From a virus (lineage: Duplodnaviria; Caudoviricetes): DNA of 43,947 bases. Under the pieces are notes generated by a model. That model did not search any database and was not told where the DNA came from. It saw only the letters and a program-made list of their open reading frames with translations. The position numbers and the translations under genes were made by a program. Where the stretch lies: the IMG/VR virus record IMGVR_UViG_3300035494_000043, positions 1 to 43,947 of that record; one strand, given 5' to 3'. Below, in pieces: positions 25,708-36,231 of the stretch (position 1 is its first letter; every line of letters begins with the position of its first letter).

Positions 25708-28116
25708 TTATAGTGCCTTAATGAATCCATTTGAATCTACCCTAGTGTTTCCTGTGTGCCACACTTCATCAGCATTAGCACCTATAAATACACCGGATGT
25801 AAAATTAGCTGGACCTGCATAGTATAATTCACCATTTGCACCTATTCTTAATAATTCAGCAGAGGTTTCACCATCTTTAATTAGAAATTGATTTGTTGGT
25901 TCACCTAATTCATTATAGAACATGCTGATCACCATTCCATCTTTATCTAACTTAACTACTTCTCTACCATCTGCATCATATATTGTTATTTCACCGTCAT
26001 ATCCACTTATGCCACCAATTTTTAAACTACCACCGGTGATCTTGTCTGCGGTAAGCGTTCCAACTTGAATGTACTCTCCATTTATATACAAGTCACCATT
26101 CGCATCTAGGAATATACCTTGTACCGCACCATTCTTAGTAAGTACATTAAATACATCTTCTTGCGTACTATCCACTTTTCCACTAGCATCATATACAACG
26201 GTTGCTGAAAAAGTTCTTTTGAAGGTTGGATCAGTGAAACCACTAACTACAATATTATCATCTGAAATTGTCAGAATATTCAAATCATTTAAAGTTGTCA
26301 GTAAATCATAATCATCTCTAATTTCAAATTCGCATATATAAGTTGTAGCACTTTTAACTTCTCCGACACCAATGTCATATGTATATCCATATCCGGCATA
26401 TTCAACAGGTTGTCCTGCAACTTGCTTATACCAAGTGAATTGGAATGGTGAATAGTTTCCCTTAACATCATCACTACCTTCATATAGATATGCTGTCAAA
26501 GTTGTTTCAAAACCATCATGTGTTATGGACAAACCATTATTAGAATCGAATGTCAATACTAAACCTTTGTCATAAACTAATCTAGCACCGTCCTCATCTC
26601 TAATCAGTACATTCCCAAGGTTGAAATAACCTGTGACCAAATCCCAAAAGTCAGTTCCATTCTGAATAATACCTGCTTTCAGTAGACTTGCGTTCAATAC
26701 GCCTGTGGTAATCGCATCAGCGACAATTGCACCATCTGCTGTCATTGCCAAACCATATGTTCCATTGTATCCATTTGAACTGAATCCTAAACCACCTGAA
26801 TTGAATCTCCATAGCATCTGTGCGGTATTTATATCATCTGAATCTATCAAAATAACCAACTCTTGTGGTTTACCTGTAATTTCATCTCTGACTATCATCA
26901 AGTGTCCGCCTTGTCCACCGGTAATTAATTCACTTGCATTTGTGATTGCGGTTTCCAAAGTAATATTGGTCTGCCTTATTGTTTCACTACTTACCGTAGC
27001 ACTTGCGTTTCTAAATGGACTTGTTTCTATCTCCTTCTTCTCTGGTGCTTTGGTTGTGAACTGACTCTTAAATCCACCGTTGTATGTGAACTTATAGTTT
27101 ATTACGAATAGAGTTACTAATGTTTGATCTACTTCTGTAAACCTAATGGTATCTCCAACTTCCACATGTGGCATACCTTGTAGTGACATACTATATGGTG
27201 TATATGATACTGGATAAACTCTATTTCTAATATCGTTTGTCTGTTCCTGACTTATGATACCACTATTGTTAACTTGTACTGAAAAACCAACATTTGAACC
27301 AGATATATATTCTTCATCCAACTCTGGATTTTTAACCACTAACTGATTTATTAGAACATCTGCATCTGATAATCTTTCATAATCAATGTAATTCTCACCG
27401 GTAATGTGGAAGTCCGTTGGTTGTAGATATTTAAACTTTATCTTACCATCTGAATCCGTAATCACATTAGCACTTGTAAGTAGTGCCATCTGAGATAGGA
27501 TTGACCTAATGCTATAATCTTCCTGAGTTGGATCAATATGGAACATAAGTAGATTGGTTAAATCCGGTTGATACCAATATGATTCTAAATCACCATATGT
27601 GTAAGCTTCCAATGATTCATGAGTTCTTCGTTCTTCCATTGCATAATACTCATCACTAAACTCAATACCATATACCGACTCAAGTTCATTAATCATCTGC
27701 ATTAAGTTTGCCGGATAAGTTAGACTAGAAACAAAAATCGTATCATTTAACCAATATATTTCATCAAAAGCTTCTATCTCAGTAGTTAATTTCTTCTTAA
27801 CAATGTATTCATTACTTGTTCTGAATACACCCATCTTTACCCATTCAGTAATTCCATTTATTTCTAATCCAGCATATATTTCAATCTTCTCACCAACATA
27901 TATTAGTGGTAGACTTTCATTCAATACTTCAAACTTAATGGAACTTGAAACTGCACTACCAATAGTTGGCATTTCATTATCTGTCAACGAAGATGTTATC
28001 TCATAACTAATAATATCATCTGATGTTATTGTGGTAGTACCAATTACAATTTTAGCATCTACGTTTCTTGAAGGTTTTACAATCTCTTGTAGAAACTCAT
28101 AACTTACATTTCTCAT
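25708..28116 (-). CDS. Tail tip / baseplate hub (Tal-like) protein
   Basis: Follows Dit; EVGDTI; ITGGQGG..LWRFNSGGLGFSSNGYNG..AMTADGAIVADAITTG. Confidence 0.8.
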   Translation of the reverse strand: MRNVSYEFLQEIVKPSRNVDAKIVIGTTTITSDDIISYEITSSLTDNEMPTIGSAVSSSIKFEVLNESLPLIYVGEKIEIYAGLEINGITEWVKMGVFRTSNEYIVKKKLTTEIEAFDEIYWLNDTIFVSSLTYPANLMQMINELESVYGIEFSDEYYAMEERRTHESLEAYTYGDLESYWYQPDLTNLLMFHIDPTQEDYSIRSILSQMALLTSANVITDSDGKIKFKYLQPTDFHITGENYIDYERLSDADVLINQLVVKNPELDEEYISGSNVGFSVQVNNSGIISQEQTNDIRNRVYPVSYTPYSMSLQGMPHVEVGDTIRFTEVDQTLVTLFVINYKFTYNGGFKSQFTTKAPEKKEIETSPFRNASATVSSETIRQTNITLETAITNASELITGGQGGHLMIVRDEITGKPQELVILIDSDDINTAQMLWRFNSGGLGFSSNGYNGTYGLAMTADGAIVADAITTGVLNASLLKAGIIQNGTDFWDLVTGYFNLGNVLIRDEDGARLVYDKGLVLTFDSNNGLSITHDGFETTLTAYLYEGSDDVKGNYSPFQFTWYKQVAGQPVEYAGYGYTYDIGVGEVKSATTYICEFEIRDDYDLLTTLNDLNILTISDDNIVVSGFTDPTFKRTFSATVVYDASGKVDSTQEDVFNVLTKNGAVQGIFLDANGDLYINGEYIQVGTLTADKITGGSLKIGGISGYDGEITIYDADGREVVKLDKDGMVISMFYNELGEPTNQFLIKDGETSAELLRIGANGELYYAGPANFTSGVFIGANADEVWHTGNTRVDSNGFIKAL

Positions 28117-28124
28117 TCCATCAC

Positions 28125-28478
28125 CTACCTCTCAACAAAGTTGAATTTAACATTTTCCCATAATATATCTGAACCACCATTACCAAATTTGTATAGTGGG
28201 GTACTTCTATCACCGACATACATAGTCCTAGTAATCTCACCCAACATTGGATCGAGAAAGGTTACATCAAAGAATACATTTTGAATTTGACCTAATAGAA
28301 CTGATATATCAGCTTGTTTCATTGGTGGAAATTCCAACTCAACTTTTCTTTTAACATTAACTCTATCTCTGATTAAGTCACCTCTTGCATTTCTAGTTGT
28401 ATTTGGACTATCCACATCAGATATAGTCACGCTCATTTTACTAGGTGGTGTAATTGTAACACCGTTAATCTTTATCAT
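28125..28478 (-). CDS. Distal tail protein (DUF6711-like)
   Basis: RNARGDLIRDRV..TMYVGDRS..FNFVER; follows tape measure. Confidence 0.8.
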   Translation of the reverse strand: MIKINGVTITPPSKMSVTISDVDSPNTTRNARGDLIRDRVNVKRKVELEFPPMKQADISVLLGQIQNVFFDVTFLDPMLGEITRTMYVGDRSTPLYKFGNGGSDILWENVKFNFVER

Positions 28479-28505
28479 GACTATCCTCCTTTTAAGAGGG
28501 TACGA

Positions 28506-31442
28506 TTAAATACCCTCTAATCTCATCTTTCCATCTTGTCTGGTTACTCTATTGATACTCTTTACACTTGCTCTACCAAGTTCATATTCATTGAGTCTAA
28601 GTACAATCTCACCATTGGAGTCTGATCCGTTCTGACCCATAGCATCTACCGTGGCACTATATATAGCACCGTACATGGCATTTACAAAGTCCGTGTTCTC
28701 AAGTGGCATTACCGTGGTCTTACCACCATAATTACCAATCATCTCTGCTTTGCCAAACTCACCTGCCTGAAATAGTCCACCACCATCTAGCATACCACCT
28801 CTAGCCAACTGTGGAATATACGGTACTTTTATCGGACTATAACCCCACAATGACCTGAATGGACTAAATCCCATTATACTAGTGTCACGTATCCTATTCA
28901 ACATACTATTGACTGCGTTAAATGGTGTAGCAACTACTCTATTTATACCTCTTATCAATGAGTTTACAATATATTTGAAAGTAGAAGCAATTCCATCTTT
29001 AATTCCTGTGAACACTTTTCCACCAGAACTGAATATGTTTTTAACTTTATTCCATGCTCCACCAAAGGTAGATTGGAAGAATGTTGCTACACTACCGAAT
29101 ACACTCTTCATTCCTTCCCATGCACCAGAAGCACCACTTTTCAGTTTAGTCCATAATCCTGAGAAGAAATTTGCTATGTCTCTTACTGCTGTACTAACTA
29201 CTTGTGCAACTCTTATGAATATTACACTAAAGGTTTCAAGTACAGATTTAAGACTACCTACAATTTCCCTACCTAGTAATCTAATAAGGAAATTCAGTAT
29301 TGGGAATATAATTGTATTTAATATTTCACCTACAACAATCCCTATTTCTCCAAACGCTTCTACGAATACATCCCACAATGGTTTTAAACCGTCTTCCCAT
29401 ATTTCAGTAAAAGTGTCACTTAACATATCGAAAACTGGTTTTAGGATTGAATCCCATACGTTTTTGAGAACACCACCTATAGATTTAAACACATTAGTCC
29501 AAGTTTCTCTAAACTTATCGTTGGTTTGCCATAATTCAACAATAGCTTTTACAACTAAGGCTACAATTGCAATAATACCCATAAGTTTTATTGCACCTAA
29601 TGAGAATATCTTAGTTCCAAGTGTAGTTGCCGATCCACCAAGTCCTATGAATTTATCACTTAGTCCTTGAAAGAATCCACCGATAACCGGTACATTTTTG
29701 AAACCTGCTAAAGCTGTTCCAACACTAATTAATTTAGTTGGTAGGTTCGCCAATTGCCCTATTGTCCACAATGCTCCAAGTCCACCGGCAATTCCAAGTA
29801 GTGTACTACTAGCACTTACAAATCCATCACTTTGGAATACGTTATTATCCTGTAATTCTTTCTGTTTGTCATTGAAGTCTTTTAACTTTTCAGTTAGGGT
29901 TTCAAGTGCGGTAATGATTACATTACCTGTCCACTCACCTAATGGTTTAATGAAGTTTTCCCATAACCATTCAGCATAAGGTTTTAGGTCTACTATGACG
30001 TTATAAACTGCTTCCAATGCTTCTGCTAATAAATTAATTGAAGCCGGTAAGAACTTTTCTATAGTCCATTTACCGATTGGTTTTAGAACGTTATCCCATG
30101 CCCACTTAATACTTCCTCCTAGCAAATCACCTAGTAGGTCAAATGAATCGAATAAGTTGCCTACAGATTTCTTTAGTGGTTCAAAGTCGATACTTGACAT
30201 AAAATCATTAAATAGACCTTGTAATCTATCTGCAATTTCATCTGCTCTTGTGGTAATACTACCTAGCATATTATCATATGAAGCTAAGTCCAATCCATCT
30301 AGTATTCCACCACCACCAATATCTGCTACGCCACCATCTACACCACCAGAAGTATCTTTTTCTTCCGCCATGACATTCAGTTCATCTATTCCAAGAAGAT
30401 ACTTTCGCATCTCTTTTAACTTCTTAGTAGTTTCACCAACTGCACCACCAGCATTTTCCATAGAATCTTCAATCGAACTACCAAGTGATCCACCGGTGTT
30501 TTCATCTTTAGGTGCTACATATCCAAATAGTTTTGCTATAGCATTGAATACTCTTGTAAGTAATATAGCTAAAGCGTTTAGATATGGGAGTACAGAAGCT
30601 ATAACCGGTAAGAACATACTACCAAATGCTCTGGTTAATGTAACTACTCTTTCTTTGAGTATCCTCATCTGGTTTGCCGGTTCTTCAATCGTTCTAGCTA
30701 AGTCACCCTGAGCCAAAGTTGTCTGCTTCAACATTACTGAATAACGTAAAGCCATTTTCTCACCCTGAGACATGTTACGAACTGACTTTGTGATTCCTTG
30801 TGCTAGTGCTTCTGCTTTAAGTGCTGACTCAGTTACATCTATACCATACTTATAAACCGTTTCAGATTGCCCTAGTAATCCAGAACGTAAATCCGCCATT
30901 ACCTGAGAAATCGGAACGTTGGTTAATGAAGCTAAGTCCATTGCCAAGTTGTTTGTATTTACAGAAAGTATAGAAGCTTGTTCGTTGGTGAATCCCATTG
31001 ATCGAGCCAATAACGCATACGTACCAACACTATTCTTTAGGTTAGTTAGGTCTAATCCGGTAATCTGAGACATGTTCGCCAAGTATTTACCGGTTTCTAC
31101 CGCCATAGTACCCATAGATACATTGAATAAGTTCTGTGTTTCAATCATATCCATTGTAGCTTCTACTGCACCACCGACAACTCTACCCATTGTATATATC
31201 ATAGCTACCGTTTTAGCTACACTAAATCCTCTATATATCTTAGATAGATTACCCATAGCAACTGCATTTCTGTTTACATCTTTATTGAGGTTTCTAAAGC
31301 TATGCCCTAAAGACTTATTATCCTTTGCTAATCGCTTAGTATTATTGGTAACATCTTTCATCTGTCCACGAATACCACGCAATTTATTCTTTACATTATC
31401 TGCACCTTGTATACTAGTCTTTAGGAATAAATTATTTGCCAC
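28506..31442 (-). CDS. Tape measure protein
   Basis: 978 aa, helical, W/F-periodic repeats, hydrophobic segments, C-terminal LARGG..GE..EM. Confidence 0.93.
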   Translation of the reverse strand: MANNLFLKTSIQGADNVKNKLRGIRGQMKDVTNNTKRLAKDNKSLGHSFRNLNKDVNRNAVAMGNLSKIYRGFSVAKTVAMIYTMGRVVGGAVEATMDMIETQNLFNVSMGTMAVETGKYLANMSQITGLDLTNLKNSVGTYALLARSMGFTNEQASILSVNTNNLAMDLASLTNVPISQVMADLRSGLLGQSETVYKYGIDVTESALKAEALAQGITKSVRNMSQGEKMALRYSVMLKQTTLAQGDLARTIEEPANQMRILKERVVTLTRAFGSMFLPVIASVLPYLNALAILLTRVFNAIAKLFGYVAPKDENTGGSLGSSIEDSMENAGGAVGETTKKLKEMRKYLLGIDELNVMAEEKDTSGGVDGGVADIGGGGILDGLDLASYDNMLGSITTRADEIADRLQGLFNDFMSSIDFEPLKKSVGNLFDSFDLLGDLLGGSIKWAWDNVLKPIGKWTIEKFLPASINLLAEALEAVYNVIVDLKPYAEWLWENFIKPLGEWTGNVIITALETLTEKLKDFNDKQKELQDNNVFQSDGFVSASSTLLGIAGGLGALWTIGQLANLPTKLISVGTALAGFKNVPVIGGFFQGLSDKFIGLGGSATTLGTKIFSLGAIKLMGIIAIVALVVKAIVELWQTNDKFRETWTNVFKSIGGVLKNVWDSILKPVFDMLSDTFTEIWEDGLKPLWDVFVEAFGEIGIVVGEILNTIIFPILNFLIRLLGREIVGSLKSVLETFSVIFIRVAQVVSTAVRDIANFFSGLWTKLKSGASGAWEGMKSVFGSVATFFQSTFGGAWNKVKNIFSSGGKVFTGIKDGIASTFKYIVNSLIRGINRVVATPFNAVNSMLNRIRDTSIMGFSPFRSLWGYSPIKVPYIPQLARGGMLDGGGLFQAGEFGKAEMIGNYGGKTTVMPLENTDFVNAMYGAIYSATVDAMGQNGSDSNGEIVLRLNEYELGRASVKSINRVTRQDGKMRLEGI

Positions 31443-31462
31443 GCTTTTACCTCCTTTCTCTG

Positions 31463-31801
31463 CTATTTTTTCCTAGCATTGAGTAATTCAGCATGAGCCA
31501 TGAATCGCTTCTTGATTTCTTCTGGACTCATATGTTGCTTACTCTCTTTGTTTTCTAACATTGGTTTGTTTGGGTATTTTGCATTTTTACTCATGGAACT
31601 AGCAATAGCCATGCGGAAGTAATTGCCTAAATTCCAATTCATTGCATCCTCATATCTTTGTTTTAATTGAAAAGCCTTAATGAACGGTTCTAATGATTTA
31701 GGATTTAATTCCCAAAACAAATCATAGTCAACCCCAATCATTAAGGCATTTGGTAAAACATCATTCATGATATGGTCTACATATCTTGTCCGTTCATTCA
31801 A
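31463..31801 (-). CDS. Tail assembly chaperone, gpT-like part
   Basis: GVDYDLFWELNP motif; reachable by -1 frameshift from upstream gene. Confidence 0.8.
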   Translation of the reverse strand: MNERTRYVDHIMNDVLPNALMIGVDYDLFWELNPKSLEPFIKAFQLKQRYEDAMNWNLGNYFRMAIASSMSKNAKYPNKPMLENKESKQHMSPEEIKKRFMAHAELLNARKK

Positions 31802-31821
31802 ATCACCTTCAAAAGTGTTAG

Positions 31822-32148
31822 CTACTTCTCTACTTCCTCTGTCTTTTGAAGCGACTTGAAAAAATTGCTTTCTTGTAAAAGGTCAAATAGAGACTGGAAC
31901 AGATCACTTACACTCCCACCGTTTTCCACGAACACTTCTAATTCTTCATCCACTTCTTCCTGACTAATAACTCTAGCCTTTGGATTATGGTTTAAAGCAC
32001 CAAACAGTAGTGTCGAACAGAATCCGGCAATGATAAATGGTTTTCTCTCAGCTTCTTCTAGCCTTTCAAAATCCAAATCTTCCATGTGTTTAAAAGAATT
32101 GTATGTGAATTTCAGTTCTCTTTCTTTACCCTTAATATTAAATTTCAT
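31822..32148 (-). CDS. Tail assembly chaperone, gpG-like
   Basis: Between major tail and tape measure genes; ESNFFK slippery end. Confidence 0.85.
   Translation of the reverse strand: MKFNIKGKERELKFTYNSFKHMEDLDFERLEEAERKPFIIAGFCSTLLFGALNHNPKARVISQEEVDEELEVFVENGGSVSDLFQSLFDLLQESNFFKSLQKTEEVEK
31858..31864 (-). other. Programmed -1 frameshift site T TTT TTC
   Basis: -1 frame is stop-free from here into ORF 31463-31801. Confidence 0.75.
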
Positions 32149-32178
32149 TTATTTCCTCCTACACCTTCCAATTAGTTA

Positions 32179-32580
32179 CTATGCAGATACAATCTCTGTT
32201 TCTGCTGAACAAGTTACACTCATCATTCTAACTTCGTCTACTCCGCCACCGCTTACAAATACGGAAACTTCGCCTTCCCATTCAAATGAGCCATCTGCAC
32301 CTGCATCACCAAAAGCTAACTGTAAAGCTAGTTTCTGACCTTCTAGTGCAACAATCGCCTGAAAATCTGTAGGATCGTAGTTAGCTTCAAATGTCAGGTC
32401 TGGAATTTCCTGTAGACCTAGAATAGAAGTCTTAAACTTAGTTGCTGTGAGTGTGGTTGTATCAAGCTTAGATGGTGTAGCACCTAGGTCTGGATAACTA
32501 GTAATATCTACTAATTTAGTCCAAGTGGTTCCATCATCAGTTGAATAATTAAGAATTGTATTACTTGTATTTACTGCCAT
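32179..32580 (-). CDS. Major tail (tube) protein
   Basis: LVDITSYPDLGATPSKLDTTTL..GLQE..FEANY..GGGVDEV. Confidence 0.85.
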   Translation of the reverse strand: MAVNTSNTILNYSTDDGTTWTKLVDITSYPDLGATPSKLDTTTLTATKFKTSILGLQEIPDLTFEANYDPTDFQAIVALEGQKLALQLAFGDAGADGSFEWEGEVSVFVSGGGVDEVRMMSVTCSAETEIVSA

Positions 32581-32585
32581 TTAAT

Positions 32586-32978
32586 TTACCCCCTGTAAAT
32601 TGTATTGTTTCTTGAAATCTTGTATGAATATCGCAACACGTATCTATAGACATTTATGTCAACGTAATTGTCAATAGGTTCTGCCATAATCTTTGGTAGT
32701 CTATAAGTACCACCTAATAAATCATCTATATCATAAGCAATTTCTAAAGCATCATTCTCTCTGGAATTACCGGTTGTGAAAATGTCAATCTGTATTGTTG
32801 TATCCACATGTTTTGTTCCAGAAGAATCCCTAGTGTCCATATCATCTACATTGCTTATTTCACGTAATGTTATACAAGGAAATTCAGGTGTAGTTTGTGG
32901 GTACTGTGGATATATTGTGATACCTTCGAGAATTGTTTCTAATTCCAATCGTATCTGGTTTTTTAAACTTTTAATCAT
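32586..32978 (-). CDS. Tail terminator protein
   Basis: FPCITLREISN..QIDIF..YRYVLRY; position. Confidence 0.75.
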   Translation of the reverse strand: MIKSLKNQIRLELETILEGITIYPQYPQTTPEFPCITLREISNVDDMDTRDSSGTKHVDTTIQIDIFTTGNSRENDALEIAYDIDDLLGGTYRLPKIMAEPIDNYVDINVYRYVLRYSYKISRNNTIYRG

Positions 32979-33574
32979 TTACCGACACCACCTAATTTTT
33001 CAATTTCCTTTTTAATATAAAGGTTTAACGTTCTTCTAAACTGTAATCTAGCATACTCATACAACTTCCACATAAACATGTGACCTTCATATCCACCTTT
33101 AGTGATCGAATACGGTCTACCATTATAATAAGATACTACCGGATATGGATCGTCACCATGAATTGGAAACAACCACGAACCGTCTGGTCTTATTGTCTTA
33201 CCTGTTCCATATGTCCATCCAGAAGGTAGTTTAGGGTGATTTGTACCAGAACCTTTTACACCTACGCCATATTCTAAGAACATTGCATAATCTGTTCCAT
33301 CTGGATCAATAGCTTTGGTTCTCACCGTAAGAGTTATACCACTATCAGTAATTTCACTTGTAATACCTTCAATTAGTCCGGTAGAAGCCAATCCCTCATT
33401 CACTAGTATCTTCTCTAGTCTTCTTTCAGCTAATACTTCAAATCTTTGAACACCCTTGATTAATCCGGTATAGAAAGCATTTTCGTAAGCTTCCATTTTC
33501 ATTACTGCCTTATCGAAACCACTTAAATCTGCAAAGTCAAACGATATTGTGTAATCTGGTATATATTCACTCAT
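32975..33574 (-). CDS. Tail completion / neck protein (HK97 gp10-like)
   Basis: YAMFLEYGVG..TKG..FM motif. Confidence 0.7.
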   Translation of the reverse strand: MSEYIPDYTISFDFADLSGFDKAVMKMEAYENAFYTGLIKGVQRFEVLAERRLEKILVNEGLASTGLIEGITSEITDSGITLTVRTKAIDPDGTDYAMFLEYGVGVKGSGTNHPKLPSGWTYGTGKTIRPDGSWLFPIHGDDPYPVVSYYNGRPYSITKGGYEGHMFMWKLYEYARLQFRRTLNLYIKKEIEKLGGVGK

Positions 33575-33575
33575 A

Positions 33576-33926
33576 TTATCTGAACTCCAATCCGTAGTTC
33601 CAATGATTCAAACTTCTCTTGATAACTGCTACTCTTAAATCGTAGTTAGTATCAAAGTCGCTTGTTGGTTCATTATAAAAAAGTAACGCATCTTTACTCA
33701 TCACATCCGTGTCTGTTAAGCTAAGATAAGCTAAGTCCATTGAATCTCCAAATATTCTCTTAGTGATATCACCAAGTGTTGGGTACAATGCTAACTTAAT
33801 CTGCTTTGGAGTAGAGTATTGCGTTTCAAATTCACCGGTGGGTAGTCCATCTCTATCCATAACTTGTACTTTACCAATAGGTTCTACAAGCCAAAGGTAT
33901 TGTTTGTTTCTCTCTAATGTTCTCAT
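33576..33926 (-). CDS. Head closure / head-tail adaptor
   Basis: MRTLERNKQ..TGE..YSTP..FG..SLN; position. Confidence 0.7.
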   Translation of the reverse strand: MRTLERNKQYLWLVEPIGKVQVMDRDGLPTGEFETQYSTPKQIKLALYPTLGDITKRIFGDSMDLAYLSLTDTDVMSKDALLFYNEPTSDFDTNYDLRVAVIKRSLNHWNYGLEFR

Positions 33927-34243
33927 ACTATAGTCCTTCTAACTCCAAATGGACTTCTTCCGAATGGTGTGATCCGTGAAATTAAACTTTTAGACACATC
34001 AGCGTTTTCATAACTACGTGACATTCCGTTTTCATTATGACCGGTTTCACCCTCAGCACCCATCTTGTTATAAAGTTCTATTGCAATGGCAACTTGTGTG
34101 GATAGATATTCTGGTTCTACATTATCTGTAAACCTGATTTCACAAATGATTTCTTTTGCATTATCAAGAAGTAGTTCCAGTATCGGATTTTCTTCTACTG
34201 GTGGATTTCCTAGTAGCACTCTTAGTTTTTCTAGTTGTGTCAT
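33923..34243 (-). CDS. Head-tail connector (SPP1 gp15-like)
   Basis: LEKLRVLLG..YNKMGAEGETGHNENGMSRSY. Confidence 0.85.
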   Translation of the reverse strand: MTQLEKLRVLLGNPPVEENPILELLLDNAKEIICEIRFTDNVEPEYLSTQVAIAIELYNKMGAEGETGHNENGMSRSYENADVSKSLISRITPFGRSPFGVRRTIV

Positions 34244-34469
34244 TCTTCTCCACCTCTACTTCCTTTTTCTTTGTTCTGGGAAACTTATATGATTCTCCAC
34301 TTATAATGTTAAACTTAGCACGAACTTCTGATGGAGTTAGCAAAGCATAAGCGTTTCCAAACTTAGACTTTTCTGTTTTTATTAAAGTAGTTCCGGTGGG
34401 AGTAACATCTACCCCCACAAGAACATCCCCATCTTGAACGTACAGTTTACCATCCTGATAAATATACAT
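34164..34469 (-). CDS. Hypothetical virion-region protein with basic tail
   Basis: GGAGG RBS after capsid gene; overlaps next gene by 80 bp. Confidence 0.65.
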   Translation of the reverse strand: MYIYQDGKLYVQDGDVLVGVDVTPTGTTLIKTEKSKFGNAYALLTPSEVRAKFNIISGESYKFPRTKKKEVEVEKNDTTRKTKSATRKSTSRRKSDTGTTS

Positions 34470-34482
34470 TCAAATCCTCCAA

Positions 34483-35505
34483 TTAACCGTTTGTAACAAC
34501 CTTAGCTAAGAATACGGATTTGTGTGGCATTTTTCTTTCATAAGAAGCACTTGCCAGAAGAACCGTATCTGGAATAGATACATCAGTAGTTACATCACCA
34601 ATGAAGTTGAATCCATAAGGAACCATAGCTTCTCTGATTCTTGTGTAGATCATGTCTACTCCACCTGCAACCTTAGCATCTCTTTCCATTTCAGAAGGTA
34701 CATCTACTGGAGCCTGAGCGAATCTGATTGCACCCTGACCTAGAAGGTAGGTTACATATTCCTTTTCGCCAGAAGCACTAGCAGAATCATCTACTGGAAC
34801 ACTATCATTCACGATTACGGTATAACCGTTAACCTGAGCGAGTGGTAGATTTCTGGTAATACCTGACGCATCTGTATATTTGCTGAACTCAAGAAGCTGT
34901 AGGTTAGCAAGTCTGTTAGCTACAACTGAGTGCATAATAGCCAGTGAATAAGAACCAGCGTTGTCTCCATTTGCCTTTACTGCGGTATCATTAAGTGTGG
35001 TTGCACCAATGAGGTTTTCCTCTGCTACAGTCGCACCTGCGGTTGCAACATTGTTGATGTGAAGTGCAAATTCTGCATCTCCAGTAATACCAAACAGTGC
35101 TTCAAGAAGACCGATAAGTCTAGCCTGTCTCTTTTTAATCCAATATGTGGATACACCGGCAACGATCTGAGCCATTGGGTCTGCACCGGAGTTAAAGTCC
35201 TTGATAAAGCTAATTGCCTTCCAAGCTTTCATTCTACCGAAAACAACACCAGAATAGCTTCCACCTGTGAGTTCATCATAGGTAAAGTCATTTACACCGT
35301 TGTAGTCCTGTTCATCTCCACCAAGTACATCATAGTATGGTGTGGTAAAGTAGTTTGATCCATTTGAAATGAGTCTTTCGATTTCTGCATCTCTTACAAT
35401 TGCTCCACTCTGGATCATAGATGTAAGAATCATATCTGGTGCTGACTTCCAAGCATAGTTAAAAATCTCAGCATCATATGGAAAATTTAAGTTATTCCCT
35501 GCCAT
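34483..35505 (-). CDS. Major capsid protein
   Basis: 340 aa after scaffold; SGAIV..TTPYY..GRMKAW..DPMAQI..MHSVVA..IVNDSVP. Confidence 0.9.
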   Translation of the reverse strand: MAGNNLNFPYDAEIFNYAWKSAPDMILTSMIQSGAIVRDAEIERLISNGSNYFTTPYYDVLGGDEQDYNGVNDFTYDELTGGSYSGVVFGRMKAWKAISFIKDFNSGADPMAQIVAGVSTYWIKKRQARLIGLLEALFGITGDAEFALHINNVATAGATVAEENLIGATTLNDTAVKANGDNAGSYSLAIMHSVVANRLANLQLLEFSKYTDASGITRNLPLAQVNGYTVIVNDSVPVDDSASASGEKEYVTYLLGQGAIRFAQAPVDVPSEMERDAKVAGGVDMIYTRIREAMVPYGFNFIGDVTTDVSIPDTVLLASASYERKMPHKSVFLAKVVTNG

Positions 35506-35517
35506 TAATTATCTCTC

Positions 35518-36126
35518 CTATTCATTCATATATTTTGTATATAGGTCTGGGTTTTCTTTCTTAAATGCTAACATCTCAGCATAAGAAAGTTTTGAAAATG
35601 TTTCCTTGTCCACAACCGTTGAGGATGATCCACTCTTAGGTGCTTTTACGTGTCCAAGTTCTGATTTCACTTTTGATTCGACTTCTTGTTTTGTGGAGTT
35701 GAATACATCAATGAAATTCGTGACATTCGCCTTAGTTAATTCTGCATCTTCATTAACTAGAACTCCCAACATCTTTTCATAGTCCTTTTTCTGAACCCCT
35801 GCTTCTGCCAACATTGAAAGTGCATCTAGTTGGTTTGCCCTTTTCTGGATTTCTCTTTCCCTAGTCTCAACTTCTCCAAGTTTTACTGAAATTTCCTTCT
35901 GTGCTAATTCTTCTGCTGTCAGTTTAGATTTCTCTGCAAACTCTTTTTCCCATTTAGACTTATAGGTTTCCAATCCTTTTTGGATACCGGACTCAACCCT
36001 TCGATCTGTTTCTGCGGTAACTCTCCTATTGAGTTCTTCCTCAGAATAAAGACCTGTTTTTGCATCATTGACTTTCTGGGCGATTAGTGCATCTAATTCC
36101 GCCTGTGTCATTTTAATTTCTTCCAT
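35518..36126 (-). CDS. Capsid scaffolding protein (DUF4355-like)
   Basis: YSEEEL..ETDRRV, coiled coil, FKKENPDLY tail; AGGAGG RBS before ATG 36126. Confidence 0.85.
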   Translation of the reverse strand: MEEIKMTQAELDALIAQKVNDAKTGLYSEEELNRRVTAETDRRVESGIQKGLETYKSKWEKEFAEKSKLTAEELAQKEISVKLGEVETREREIQKRANQLDALSMLAEAGVQKKDYEKMLGVLVNEDAELTKANVTNFIDVFNSTKQEVESKVKSELGHVKAPKSGSSSTVVDKETFSKLSYAEMLAFKKENPDLYTKYMNE

Positions 36127-36190
36127 TATTATATTCCTCCTAAATACCAAGGCATGTAAAAATTACCCACCTCATTATCTCTCTACCTTT

Positions 36191-36220
36191 ATTATATCCA
36201 TTTTTTCAAGAAAATATAAG
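36191..36220 (-). promoter_or_regulatory. Candidate late promoter
   Basis: CTTATAT-17-TATAAT with AAAATGGA before -10. Confidence 0.6.
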
Positions 36221-36231
36221 TAACATTAAAA

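Noticed and set aside
22701-28116. Diversity-generating retroelement or invertible tail-fibre switch
   Set aside because: No reverse transcriptase, invertase or TR/VR repeat pair seen
28882-31476. Long plus-strand ORFs here and elsewhere between 1.4 and 40.37 kb
   Set aside because: Antisense shadows of well-supported minus-strand genes or of repeat DNA; no RBS or motifs
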